Part shown: in pieces, positions 16,987 through 27,141 of the stretch
How the letters are laid out: each line of letters starts with the position of its first letter
How positions within the stretch are numbered: the stretch's first letter is position 1
Assembly: GCA_017517745.1 (NCBI GenBank)
Contig: JAFWYJ010000062.1
Span: 54 to 64,053 of the forward strand
Length of the DNA stretch: 64,000 bases
From: Clostridia bacterium
GTDB lineage: Bacteria; Bacillota; Clostridia; Oscillospirales; CAG-272
Direction: 5' to 3'
Made by a program: the position numbers and the translations under genes
The notes under the pieces: model-generated
The model's database searches: none
What the model was told of the DNA's origin: nothing
Seen by the model: the letters and a program-made list of their open reading frames with translations, nothing else

Positions 16987-18174
16987 TTAGTTTGCGATAC
17001 CCGAGTGCTCGATACCCTGTACCAGGAATCTCTGGCAGAAGGCATACAAAACAACCAGGGGCAAAATGATCAGCAAACCGCAAGTATTTCTGATTGCCGA
17101 ATAGTACAGACCTTGACCTGCATATTCGGTTTCCAGCGACTTGGGAATTTCGACCATCTTGTAAAGCATCTTCGTATCAGACGTCGGCATGAGCGTTCCC
17201 GTGTAGAAGGCATCGGTCCACTGCCAGCAGAACGCGAACAGGAACACGGTGATCATCATGGGGATGGATACCGGCAGAATGACCTGGAAGAAGGTGCGCA
17301 ACGGTCCGGAACCGTCCATGTACGCGGATTCCTCAAGCTCATCGGGCACGCCGCGGAAGAACTGACGCAACAAGAAGATGTAGAGTCCGTTCTTGAATGC
17401 AAGTCCCGTCAGAGAGAGCAGGAACATGGGCGCATAGGTCTCGGTCAAGCTGATACCCGCCTGGGTGATCTGCATCTGCACCCTGTACTTCTCCAATTTG
17501 GATCCATCGGGGATGTAAGCGCCCCACTTGATTTCGTCGGGAAGAACGTTCAGTCCTTCGAAGAATTCCTTGACACCCTCACCAAGCTCGGTGATGTTGT
17601 GTCCGAACAGCTCGATTCCGCCGCCCTTGAGCAATCTCACGATACCAAACACGTCAAAGTAGCGGAACTCCAAGAACATGGAGGTACGCAACGTCTGGTG
17701 AGGAACGATCATGGTCAGCATGACCAGCATGAACAGGAATCCTCTTCCTCTGAACTTGAACTTTGCAAAGCCGTATGCAATCAGACAGCAGATGAAGGTC
17801 TGGATGATCGCGCAGCAGAACGAAAGCGTGAAGGTGTTCAGGAGGCACTCCCAATAAGCCAGCTCATCGATCACCGCACGGTAGATATCCAAAGAGAAAT
17901 TCTTCGGGATCAGTCGCACCGTCACGTCGACGAAGTCCTGCATTGCCATGAAGGAACCCGAAATCTTCGTCAAGAACGGGAAGATGATGATGTAGGAAAT
18001 ACCAATCATCAACACCATACGGAAGATCGCAAGCACGACCTTTGCGAGAAAATGGAAGTTCAGAAATTTTGCTTTCAGTCGTTCTTTCAGCGGCGAACGG
18101 TCAAAATCCACACGGATCTTGTTTTTGGTTTCGCGCTTGACGACCGGCTTTTTTTCAATGTTTTGTGCGTTCAT
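16987..18174 (-). CDS. Carbohydrate ABC transporter permease (MalG-like) with extracellular insertion
   Basis: AYGFAKFKFRGR, EAA-like loop ELEESAYMDG, FCWQWTD. Confidence 0.9.
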   Translation of the reverse strand: MNAQNIEKKPVVKRETKNKIRVDFDRSPLKERLKAKFLNFHFLAKVVLAIFRMVLMIGISYIIIFPFLTKISGSFMAMQDFVDVTVRLIPKNFSLDIYRAVIDELAYWECLLNTFTLSFCCAIIQTFICCLIAYGFAKFKFRGRGFLFMLVMLTMIVPHQTLRTSMFLEFRYFDVFGIVRLLKGGGIELFGHNITELGEGVKEFFEGLNVLPDEIKWGAYIPDGSKLEKYRVQMQITQAGISLTETYAPMFLLSLTGLAFKNGLYIFLLRQFFRGVPDELEESAYMDGSGPLRTFFQVILPVSIPMMITVFLFAFCWQWTDAFYTGTLMPTSDTKMLYKMVEIPKSLETEYAGQGLYYSAIRNTCGLLIILPLVVLYAFCQRFLVQGIEHSGIAN

Positions 18175-18191
18175 TTCTTTACCTCCTTTTC

Positions 18192-19157
18192 TCAATCATT
18201 TTTGCGTTGGTAGAACACAAACGCAGAAAGTATGGCTGCGATCAGGGCAACCACCGCAATAACGATGAGGAAGTACACCCATGCCATTGCAGAGCTGATG
18301 ACCTTGTCCTTGTTGTAATAATCGGAGATAAACGACATCACCGCATTGTTGCCGGTGGTGAAGGAGTCGATCACGGTATAAACACCGTTTACCAAAATCA
18401 TCGGGCTGATCATCGGGAAAGTAATCTTCCAGAAGGTCTCCCACGCGGTTGCACCGTCGATCTTACACGATTCGTAAACTGCGGGAGAAATCGACTGCAG
18501 ACCCGACAGGAAGATCAACATTTGTACGCCGGCACGGTTGACAATATTGTAAATATTGTTGATTGCCGAGGTAACGTACTTCACGAGTCCCGTACCGACC
18601 TTCATGTTTGCGAAGAGCTTCTCCATGTCCATGGTGGAAATCAGATCGTTTGCGGTACTCTGTCCACTACCGTCATCAATACCGCCGGTTCCCTCCATGT
18701 AGCTGTTCATGATGTCCTTCGCTGCGATCGACTCCATGATACCGGTCGAAAGAATGACCGGGATGAAGAAGATCGCGCGGAAGGCACCTCTTCCCGCTGC
18801 CTTCTGGTTCAGCATAACTGCCATGAAGAGCGAGAAAATGAGGATTGCGGGAACGTCAAAAGCCAGCTGGCCCAAGCCCGTGACCAAGGTTTCCACGAAG
18901 TCGGGGTCCGTTCCAAGTGCATAACTATAGTTTTCCCAACCGACAAATTCCAATTCATATCCCGCTGCTGCGGTGATCTTGAGCGAGTGAAAACTCAATT
19001 TGATCGATTCATACACCATCGGAAGATAGATGACGATGAATCCGATGATAAACGGAAGAATGAAGAACCATCCTGCACGCGCCTTGCGGCGGTCAAGGGA
19101 GGCTATTTTTCTTCTCTTCGGCTTTTTTGCCGAATCCATTGCTACGTTGTTCGTCAT
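18192..19157 (-). CDS. Carbohydrate ABC transporter permease (MalF-like)
   Basis: FVGWENY, FRAIFFIPVI, LSGLQSI..VYESCKIDGA..WETFWKITFP. Confidence 0.9.
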   Translation of the reverse strand: MTNNVAMDSAKKPKRRKIASLDRRKARAGWFFILPFIIGFIVIYLPMVYESIKLSFHSLKITAAAGYELEFVGWENYSYALGTDPDFVETLVTGLGQLAFDVPAILIFSLFMAVMLNQKAAGRGAFRAIFFIPVILSTGIMESIAAKDIMNSYMEGTGGIDDGSGQSTANDLISTMDMEKLFANMKVGTGLVKYVTSAINNIYNIVNRAGVQMLIFLSGLQSISPAVYESCKIDGATAWETFWKITFPMISPMILVNGVYTVIDSFTTGNNAVMSFISDYYNKDKVISSAMAWVYFLIVIAVVALIAAILSAFVFYQRKND

Positions 19158-19175
19158 GAAGCATTCCTCCCTTTC

Positions 19176-22100
19176 TTACTGATGATGGATCACAACGTAT
19201 CCGCCGCGCGGGATCGTGTACGTGGTGACGGTTCCCGTGGTGGGATCCTCGTAATCAACGATAACAGCAAAGTTGTTGTAGTTGAGGATGAAGGATTTGT
19301 ACGCGGTCTTCTCATGGGTTTCCGCATTACGGTCACCGTAGGTCACAACCACGATTTGGTTGTTGTCCACACGGTACTTGTCGTGTGCCGTACCCTGATC
19401 GACAGACTCTTCTTCTTCCTTATCTTCCTCGGTCTCAGAACCTGCCGCCAAAATGTTCTCGGCAGTGTAGATCGCCTTTGCTTCGACCAATGCCTGCTTC
19501 AGGAGCTGATAATACTCATAGTTGCCGTTCGAACGGTCATCCATGATTGCAAACAGATCCTCCAGAGCCTCCAACGCGATATCCACAACGTAGAACTCGC
19601 TGCCTTCGGTTACATATTTGTCGCTGCCGCTCAGCGCAGAGCCGGCATCGGCAAATGCAGCCTCAGCGGAAGCCTTGTACGCATCCATCTTGGCCTTCAT
19701 GTTCTCCTTGACGGTGTCGGAAAGATCCGAGTCGTCGATGATCTGCTTCGAAGTCTCGATCTCCGCAATCAGGTCATTGCCCATCTGCAGATATTTTTCC
19801 ATCGTTCGATAGTTCAAAATAACCAGCGAAGCATAAGATCTGACCGTATTCAGAGTGCTCTGAAGATCCTTGACGGCGTCCTCGGGAGAAACGTCGCTCG
19901 TAGCATCATCGCCAACCGTATCCTTCGGCATCAACTTTTTCAGGGCAGAATTCAACTTGTCGGAAATCTGTTCGATCTGTGAGAGCATCAGCGGGTAGTA
20001 ACCCGTTTCAACCTGCTTGCCCTCCTCGTTATAGGAGTTCGAGTAGATCTCCTTGTTGAGTTCCTTGATTTCCGTCAGATATCCTTCCACAACCGAGGTG
20101 GCGTTTTCTGCCTTCTGCCAAGCATTTGCAACCGAGAGAACCTTTTCGGTCTCGATCTGCTCCTGGCGGTTCTTTTCTGCCTCTGCGGCTGCTTCCATCT
20201 TTTCTCTCAGATCATCTTCCAACTCATCGGGGTCAAGAACACGCTTGCCGATCAAGAAGTCGTGCGCGATGATCTCCTTGTTCTGAACGTCCTTGAGCAG
20301 ACCGTTCAGCTTGTTGTAGTAGTAAGCAACGTCCTCTTCCCAAATGTCATAGCGAACAGAATAGTGCTGGCTGAGCAGGAAGTCTTCCTTCAGCTCATTG
20401 GTGTTCTGATAGGACAAGAGGAAGTAGAGGCCGGCTCCGTTTTCAATTGCACGGAGGATTGCATAATCGGTATCGCCTTCCTTGTTGAACGGCGTGCCGG
20501 CAAACTGTACGTAGCCGTGCAGAACCGCACCGATGAAGGGAACCGAAGCACTCGACTTGATGTAACGGCTGGAGTCGAGGTCGACGTTGATGATGTGATC
20601 GAGGTAGCCCCAGCTGTATGCATTCGCGCCCTCGGACATCAGGCTGTAGCCCGCTTCCTTCAGGTCTTGGAATGCCTGGACGGTGTAATCCTTGCCGTCC
20701 TCACGGTTGTAAGGATCATCCTCGTCAAAGTCGGAGTTCAACGTGGTTCCCAAGGATGCGACCGACATGGAGTTCAGGCCGTATTTCTCGTAATTCTTCA
20801 TCAGCTTTTCATAGAACTTGCTGTAACGCGAAGGAGAAACCGCCAGCTGATAGAAGCTGATGTAGGTCTGCTGCGTCGCACTGTACTGTCTCAGAGAGGA
20901 ATAGCGGTTATCGATCGTCTTGACCGCGTCCTTCTTGAGGTTGGTATCGTCGAACAGCGTGTTCATATGAATGTAAGCGAAATCGAAATCGGGATAAAGT
21001 CCGAGATGCGAGGTTCCGCTCTCGTTGACCGCTGCGGCCTTTGCGATCAGCTCCTCAAAGCCGCCGGCACCGCCGACTGCCTTCTCCCACTTCAACTTCG
21101 AGGGAACGGTGGAATACATACCGCCGTTTGCAAAGCCCTTGAGCTTGAAGTTGATGTTCTTGATGCCCTGCTTGGAGAGTGCATCATACATCTCGTACAC
21201 GTTCTCAAAGGTTGTCAAGGGAGTCATCACCGAGACGGGGATGGTTGCGATCTGTTGGATGGTCTGCAATGCGCCGAACACCTCGAGATACAGAGGAATA
21301 TTGTCCTCGGTTTTCTCTTCCGTCAGCTTCTTGAGTTTGCCGGAAGAAACCAAAGAATCACGGTATGCCTCAGCCATGCCCAACCAAGTGGTGTCATAGT
21401 AAGTATAGGAAGCATTTTCCTGCTGTGCTGCCTTTCCGATGTTCTTGTCGGTCAGCATCTGATAGTGAATCGTGATACTTCCCGTGTACTTACGCTCGGA
21501 AACAACCGTCCAAGACGAGCTTCCCGTGACCGAAATCGAATCTGCCAGGTCATAGCTGTCCTTCGGCTTCGGGTTGAAGTAGTTCATCATGGAGTTGTAA
21601 TCACTCAATGCACCTGCGTGGTAGGTCGCGATCTCTGCCAAGGATTCGCCCTCTTCGATCACTGCCACAAAGCCACGCTCATAGATGTCAGCCGTACGCT
21701 CGATCTCGGCGCGAGACTGTGTCAGAGTTCCCTTCAGTTTATCCACGATGAATTTCTCGATGTCATCGAGATCCATCACGGTGTTGGAAACACGAAGCTC
21801 ATAGTTGTTGGCTTCCGGAGTGGTGAGAGTCGAACCGTTGGAGGCTTTTTTGATCTCCAGCGTTTTCTCATCCAGAACCAAACGAGAGGTGAACTTGACG
21901 TTGTAGATCTTTTCGGATGCTACCGAACCGTAAACGGGATAACGAACGGTCTTCTGATAGGTACCGGAGATCTGGTGGTATGCGTAGTCGGTTCCGTAAA
22001 CCTTTCCACGCACCGTGGTGGTCGAGCTGGTATCCAACTGCTCATAGTCGAACAGAGAGCCGGAGCCGTCGGGATAGAAGTTGTAACCGTTGCACTTTTC

Positions 22101-23111
22101 GCCGTCCGCGTTGTAAATTCCCGCGTTTCGGCTGTTGCCGGCGCCCATATAGGGCAGAATGCTGATATTCTCCAGGGTGTAGTTCGTCATGTCGTAGCGC
22201 AAGCCGTTACAAGGCAGCGTCACGCGCAGACCGTTTTTGTCCAAAGAATATTCCAGAGCCATCTTGAACAGCGGATAGCGCTCGTCGGGCGCAACGTATC
22301 CGGTCTCTGCATGGTCGGCATCCATCTGCTCGAAGGTATAATCCGTGCAGTAAGTCTTGACGTAAGCCTCACACCAGTTCAGCTCAACGTCAAAAAGGTC
22401 GGATTGAATGACCCAGATGTTCATGGTTTCACAAACCGGGTACATTTTCAAAAGTGCGGCCTTTGCCTTTTTACCTTTTGTTTTTTCCAAGTTTTTCTCT
22501 TGGTACATCAGCAAAAACTTCTTATAGTAGAATTCCTGAATATCGCCGTTCTGAAAAGCCTTATCCATCGGTCCTTTGATGAACTTCTGGAAGCTTTTGT
22601 CGGAGATCCATCTCGGAACCAACTTTCTGGTTTCCTCTCGTCCGATGGAATATTCCACACGGACACCGTTCTTGATGTTGAGAACGTTGATCTGCTGACG
22701 CATTGCAGCCTCTTCAAAGCTATACAGGTACTTGGTGGTACCGTTGTCCACGTACTGAATGATGATCTGCGAGAGGATCTGCTTCTTCGTCGCGGCAGAA
22801 CCGATCGACGATCCAACGTCATACGGATTCGAGAAAAGGATGTTGCCCGTTGCGACCTCGCGGGTTGCGACCTCGCCGCTGACAGAGTCGATATACAGCT
22901 CATAGCCGTCTTTCGTCATCATCAGCTTCATGCTGGCAAGCTTTTCCTCGGGGGTTTTGTAAAGCGTTCCAACGTATTTGCTTTCAATCACCTTATCGGA
23001 GCTTTGGTTGCCGGTAGTGGCGGATGCCTCTGCAGACACGCCAACCACCATTCCGCCGACCAAGAGAACGACTGCCAAGAGTGTCGAAAGTATTCTATTA
23101 TATAATTTCAT
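19176..23111 (-). CDS. Large secreted DUF5696-type protein
   Basis: Signal peptide; ILPYMGAG, YPDGSGSL, YPVYG, LKGFANGG, LGLYPDFDF, VPFIGAVLHGYVQFAG, LRAIENGA motifs and typical position in this operon type; family recognised from memory. Confidence 0.75.
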   Translation of the reverse strand: MKLYNRILSTLLAVVLLVGGMVVGVSAEASATTGNQSSDKVIESKYVGTLYKTPEEKLASMKLMMTKDGYELYIDSVSGEVATREVATGNILFSNPYDVGSSIGSAATKKQILSQIIIQYVDNGTTKYLYSFEEAAMRQQINVLNIKNGVRVEYSIGREETRKLVPRWISDKSFQKFIKGPMDKAFQNGDIQEFYYKKFLLMYQEKNLEKTKGKKAKAALLKMYPVCETMNIWVIQSDLFDVELNWCEAYVKTYCTDYTFEQMDADHAETGYVAPDERYPLFKMALEYSLDKNGLRVTLPCNGLRYDMTNYTLENISILPYMGAGNSRNAGIYNADGEKCNGYNFYPDGSGSLFDYEQLDTSSTTTVRGKVYGTDYAYHQISGTYQKTVRYPVYGSVASEKIYNVKFTSRLVLDEKTLEIKKASNGSTLTTPEANNYELRVSNTVMDLDDIEKFIVDKLKGTLTQSRAEIERTADIYERGFVAVIEEGESLAEIATYHAGALSDYNSMMNYFNPKPKDSYDLADSISVTGSSSWTVVSERKYTGSITIHYQMLTDKNIGKAAQQENASYTYYDTTWLGMAEAYRDSLVSSGKLKKLTEEKTEDNIPLYLEVFGALQTIQQIATIPVSVMTPLTTFENVYEMYDALSKQGIKNINFKLKGFANGGMYSTVPSKLKWEKAVGGAGGFEELIAKAAAVNESGTSHLGLYPDFDFAYIHMNTLFDDTNLKKDAVKTIDNRYSSLRQYSATQQTYISFYQLAVSPSRYSKFYEKLMKNYEKYGLNSMSVASLGTTLNSDFDEDDPYNREDGKDYTVQAFQDLKEAGYSLMSEGANAYSWGYLDHIINVDLDSSRYIKSSASVPFIGAVLHGYVQFAGTPFNKEGDTDYAILRAIENGAGLYFLLSYQNTNELKEDFLLSQHYSVRYDIWEEDVAYYYNKLNGLLKDVQNKEIIAHDFLIGKRVLDPDELEDDLREKMEAAAEAEKNRQEQIETEKVLSVANAWQKAENATSVVEGYLTEIKELNKEIYSNSYNEEGKQVETGYYPLMLSQIEQISDKLNSALKKLMPKDTVGDDATSDVSPEDAVKDLQSTLNTVRSYASLVILNYRTMEKYLQMGNDLIAEIETSKQIIDDSDLSDTVKENMKAKMDAYKASAEAAFADAGSALSGSDKYVTEGSEFYVVDIALEALEDLFAIMDDRSNGNYEYYQLLKQALVEAKAIYTAENILAAGSETEEDKEEEESVDQGTAHDKYRVDNNQIVVVTYGDRNAETHEKTAYKSFILNYNNFAVIVDYEDPTTGTVTTYTIPRGGYVVIHHQ

Positions 23112-23130
23112 TTTCTAACCTCCTGTGTCG

Positions 23131-25269
23131 TTAAGCCCGGTATTGCAGCTCGGTGATAATGTTGGTAACCAAGCTGACCAGCTTCGTGAGAAGCATACTG
23201 AACAAAAGAACGATAAATACGATACAAGCCATTGCAATGACCGTACCCAAAACGGTGATGACGTTCTTGCCCATCGAATAGTCGTGCGTGACCATCGTTC
23301 CGAAGAAGATGAGCAAGCCCAACCAAATGAAGGAGAAGGTTCCGATGGTGGAGATGATGCCCACCTCGGTCGTGGTGACGAAGTTCGAGAAGAAGGTCAT
23401 CGGGATCGTCAGAATGATCACGGGGAGCAAGCTGTACGAAGTCGCGATGAAGATGTCTCTGAAGCTTCCTTCACCCTCAAACAGCGTCGTCAAACACCAG
23501 TTTGCAAGCACGAAGAGCATCAGGGGAACCAGAACGGAGATGCACTGTGCCCAGATGGTGGAGTACATTCCCGTGGGGTTGAGCACGTAGCCCTGACCAA
23601 TGCTTTGATAGAAGAACGCGACGATGGTCAACGCGATGTAGACCAGAGATGCGCGAACCGATCCGCGGTGCTCATGCTTGAGGTCATAGAAACCGTCGAA
23701 GGGATGGAACATGACGTAGAAGCCGTACAACAGCTCCTCGCCAAAGGTCTTGCGCGCTTTTCCGTCGGTTGCCACGCGCTTGTTCACCTTGGCTGCCCAG
23801 CCGAAGAACTTGACCACAAGGACGATACCCACAATGATGCCAACCAGCATCAGGATGAACCAAGAGGACATCCATTCCTTGCGGACTTCCTTGTAGGAAT
23901 TCGACCAGTTTTCAACGTCATAAGCCGTCTCGTAATATTCCAACGCCTCCTTGAAGTCACCGCTGCGGTAAAGAGCGTTACCGATACCGACGTATGCGGC
24001 GTCAAAGTTGGAGTTTCTCTGCAGCACCTTCTCCCAACAAGCGATTGCGTAGTTGTAGTCCAGCGAGTTCTCCGCAGCGATCGCGCTGAGCAGGAGGTCG
24101 CCGTATTCGGTGCGCTCGTAAACGATAATGTTGTTGCTTCCCCTGTCAAGAACGAGCAGGGTGTCATCCTGATAAGTAACCGCCTTAATGCTGGTAATAC
24201 TTCCCAACATGGAGCCCTTATCACCGAAAGCGAAGAGCAGGTTACCGTTGAAATCGTAGGTGTAGATCTTGTTACGCTTCGCGTCGATGATCGTCCAAGT
24301 CTTTTCGGGACCAACCGCAACGTCAATGACGTCGGAGGGGCCGTTGTAGGTGGAAACCTTGCTCTTGAAATCAACCTCACCCGCCGGAGGCCAGAAGCCG
24401 TTACGCTTCATGATCTCGTCGCCTGCGGGGTTGAGAAGCTTGACCGGCAGGTCGGTGCCGCTCTTGCTCTTGCCCAAAATCGCACCCTCTACCTTTTCAT
24501 CATCGATCGAAGTGGAGGTTACGTAAATGAAACCGTCATCATTGATGGTGATGTTACAATATTCAGTAGGAACGAAGAGCTCGGAGAGTTTTTTCTGATT
24601 GTCGGTCTGGAATCTTCTCCAGAAGATCTGCCATGCATCGATCACAACCTCTTGCGCGCCGACGAAGCCGACGAACTGACCGTTGGGGTCCAGAACGATG
24701 ATACCCTGATAGGTCTTATCGGAAACTACGTAGATTCTGCCGTATTGGTCGATTGCCATTGCAACCGGCTTATAGACGTCATCCTGACCGAGCAACTGGC
24801 TTTCGGGAGCGTCGATGATCGCCTCGAAGTTGCCCTCCAAGTCAAAGCGAACCAAACGGTTGTTGTTGGTATCGCAAACCCAGATCGCCTCGTCCGTGAC
24901 GAATACACCCTGCGGTGCCGTCAAAGAGTCCTCATTTCCCTGTCCGTTGATGAACGTGGAAATCTCAAACTCATAATCGAAGTAACGGCTGAGCACCACG
25001 ATACGGTTGTTACCCGTATCCGCGATATAGACCTTCTCTCTCGAGTCGGTGACCATATCACTGGGGCTGTTGAAGTTCTTTTCCATTCCCATCTGCGTAT
25101 AGGAAACCGATTTGTTTGCCGAATATGCATCGGGAGAATAGAGCGCCTCGCCGTTGATCGAGTAGGTGTAGGTCTGATATGCCGAGGATGCGCCGGCACC
25201 CACGGTCATCGCAGACGCGATCATCAGGAAAGACAATACAAGCAACAAAACAGATGTAATTCTTTTCAT
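23131..25269 (-). CDS. NHL-repeat beta-propeller + TPR + Yip1-domain membrane protein
   Basis: Signal peptide, YIADTGNNRI / WVCDTNNNRL repeats, TPR-like NSNFDAAYVGIGNALY, FHPFDGF and five C-terminal TM segments. Confidence 0.85.
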   Translation of the reverse strand: MKRITSVLLLVLSFLMIASAMTVGAGASSAYQTYTYSINGEALYSPDAYSANKSVSYTQMGMEKNFNSPSDMVTDSREKVYIADTGNNRIVVLSRYFDYEFEISTFINGQGNEDSLTAPQGVFVTDEAIWVCDTNNNRLVRFDLEGNFEAIIDAPESQLLGQDDVYKPVAMAIDQYGRIYVVSDKTYQGIIVLDPNGQFVGFVGAQEVVIDAWQIFWRRFQTDNQKKLSELFVPTEYCNITINDDGFIYVTSTSIDDEKVEGAILGKSKSGTDLPVKLLNPAGDEIMKRNGFWPPAGEVDFKSKVSTYNGPSDVIDVAVGPEKTWTIIDAKRNKIYTYDFNGNLLFAFGDKGSMLGSITSIKAVTYQDDTLLVLDRGSNNIIVYERTEYGDLLLSAIAAENSLDYNYAIACWEKVLQRNSNFDAAYVGIGNALYRSGDFKEALEYYETAYDVENWSNSYKEVRKEWMSSWFILMLVGIIVGIVLVVKFFGWAAKVNKRVATDGKARKTFGEELLYGFYVMFHPFDGFYDLKHEHRGSVRASLVYIALTIVAFFYQSIGQGYVLNPTGMYSTIWAQCISVLVPLMLFVLANWCLTTLFEGEGSFRDIFIATSYSLLPVIILTIPMTFFSNFVTTTEVGIISTIGTFSFIWLGLLIFFGTMVTHDYSMGKNVITVLGTVIAMACIVFIVLLFSMLLTKLVSLVTNIITELQYRA

Positions 25270-25281
25270 ATTGTCCTCCTT

Positions 25282-26154
25282 TTAGTCTTTCATACCACTC
25301 GAACCCATCGTTTCGATGATGTTCGACTGAGAAATTACGAATACCAGAATCGGTACCGCCATCATCAACACGGTTGCCGCTGCCGATGCACCCTGACGCT
25401 TGATACCGCCGGCGGTGATCTGCGAGATCGCGTAGTTGATGGACTTGAGCTGTTCGGAATAGATGTAGGTCGAAGCACCCGCGTTCCAGAGTCCCTGGAA
25501 CGAATAGATGATCAGCGTCAGCCACGCGGGCTTAACCATGGGCATCGCGATCGTCCAATAGGTACGGATCTCACTCGCGCCGTCCAGACGGGCACTTTCC
25601 AGCACCGTGTCGGGAACCGCGGTATCCATAAACTGCTTCATCAGGTACAGACCGAGTGTCGAGCCCCACGCGGGAATGATGATCGCCCAATAGGTATCGA
25701 TCATGTTCAGCGCACTCATGATGATAAAGCTGGTAATTGCGGTGACGGTCGAGTGGAACATCAACGAAGTCTGAATCGTCTTGAAGATGAATTTTCCGCC
25801 CGGGAACTTGATCTTTGCAAGCGCGTATGCTGCCATGGACGCCAGGAACAGGTGTCCGAAGGTTCCTCCGACGGAGGTCAGCACCGTGTTGAACACGTAA
25901 CGCGAGAAGGGCACCCAAGAGTCGTTCATCAAGGTGAACAGATCGCGATAGTTTCCAAGGTTGGGACGGCTCACCAAGAATTTCGGAGGATACATCCACA
26001 ACTCATCCAACGGCTTGAGCGATTGGCTCACCACGTAAATCATCGGCAACACCATGAACGCACCCAGCAGCGTGAGCATGATGGTAATGCCGGCATCTCC
26101 TCCCGCCGAACGCGAGAGAACAACCTTATGTTTTCTTGTTCTTAATTTTGCCAT
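25282..26154 (-). CDS. Carbohydrate ABC transporter permease (MalG-like)
   Basis: SLKPLDEL..PP, AAYALAKIKFPG, LESARLDGA, PMVKPAW. Confidence 0.92.
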   Translation of the reverse strand: MAKLRTRKHKVVLSRSAGGDAGITIMLTLLGAFMVLPMIYVVSQSLKPLDELWMYPPKFLVSRPNLGNYRDLFTLMNDSWVPFSRYVFNTVLTSVGGTFGHLFLASMAAYALAKIKFPGGKFIFKTIQTSLMFHSTVTAITSFIIMSALNMIDTYWAIIIPAWGSTLGLYLMKQFMDTAVPDTVLESARLDGASEIRTYWTIAMPMVKPAWLTLIIYSFQGLWNAGASTYIYSEQLKSINYAISQITAGGIKRQGASAAATVLMMAVPILVFVISQSNIIETMGSSGMKD

Positions 26155-26155
26155 A

Positions 26156-27103
26156 TTACGAACCTACCTTCGAGATGGCCTTCTTGACGACTGCATTTGC
26201 GCCCACCATGATCAGGAAGAGCACCGTTGCGATTGCCGAAGAATAACCGATTTCATAACGCTGTCCGCCGTAGTCCTCGAGGTGGTGCATAATGGTATGC
26301 GCCGCGTAGTCGACAGACGGGAAACCTGCGAGTGCGGTAACAACCGCACCGAAGCCGAACGAGCCTGTAATTGCCATGATTGCACCGAACATCAGCTGCG
26401 GCTTCATGCTGGGCAACGTGATGTACCAAAGCTCCTGCCAACGGTTCTTGACACCGTCCACGGCGCCCGCCTCGTACAGAGAGCGGTCAACGCCCTGCAA
26501 ACCTGCGATGAAGGACAGGAACGAAGTACCCAGAGAGGTCCACAGAGCCACGACGATACACAAAGGCATGACCGTGTTGGCATCCTGGAACCACTTGTGC
26601 GGCTCGGTCAGAACACCGATCTCCATCAGTGCTGCGTTCGCCCAACCCTTGGAGTCCGCTGCGAAGAGCGTACCCCAAATCAGATACACCTGACCTGCGA
26701 TGGAAGGTGAATAGAAGATGAGGGTAACGATCGAACGGATGCGGGGGGAGAGCTCGTTGATGAACCATGCAACCAGGAACGACATCAGGTACGATGCCGG
26801 TCCTACGATGGCTGCGAAAATAAAGGTATTGGTACAAGCGGTGAGGAATACGTCATCTGCGAAGAACAGATTGATGTAGTTTTCGATCCAGACGATGTCG
26901 GGCATCTGGAGCATGTTAAAGTTTGTAAAACTGATGACCACCGAGAGGATGACGGGGACAACGGTGAACAAAGTAAACACAAGCACATAGGGCAGGATGA
27001 GAAGATATGCTACCCAATTGCGCTTCATTTCCTTGCGGATCCATTGTCCGTACGTCAGATCCTTTCTGGCAACAGCTTTGCGTTCTGCTGTTTTTGCTGA
27101 CAT
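26156..27103 (-). CDS. Carbohydrate ABC transporter permease (MalF-like)
   Basis: SFTNFNMLQ, AGLQGVDRSLYEAGAVDG, ITLPSMKPQLMFG. Confidence 0.92.
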   Translation of the reverse strand: MSAKTAERKAVARKDLTYGQWIRKEMKRNWVAYLLILPYVLVFTLFTVVPVILSVVISFTNFNMLQMPDIVWIENYINLFFADDVFLTACTNTFIFAAIVGPASYLMSFLVAWFINELSPRIRSIVTLIFYSPSIAGQVYLIWGTLFAADSKGWANAALMEIGVLTEPHKWFQDANTVMPLCIVVALWTSLGTSFLSFIAGLQGVDRSLYEAGAVDGVKNRWQELWYITLPSMKPQLMFGAIMAITGSFGFGAVVTALAGFPSVDYAAHTIMHHLEDYGGQRYEIGYSSAIATVLFLIMVGANAVVKKAISKVGS

Positions 27104-27141
27104 TGCTCTTTCTCCTTACTGAAATATTTTCATGAAGCGGT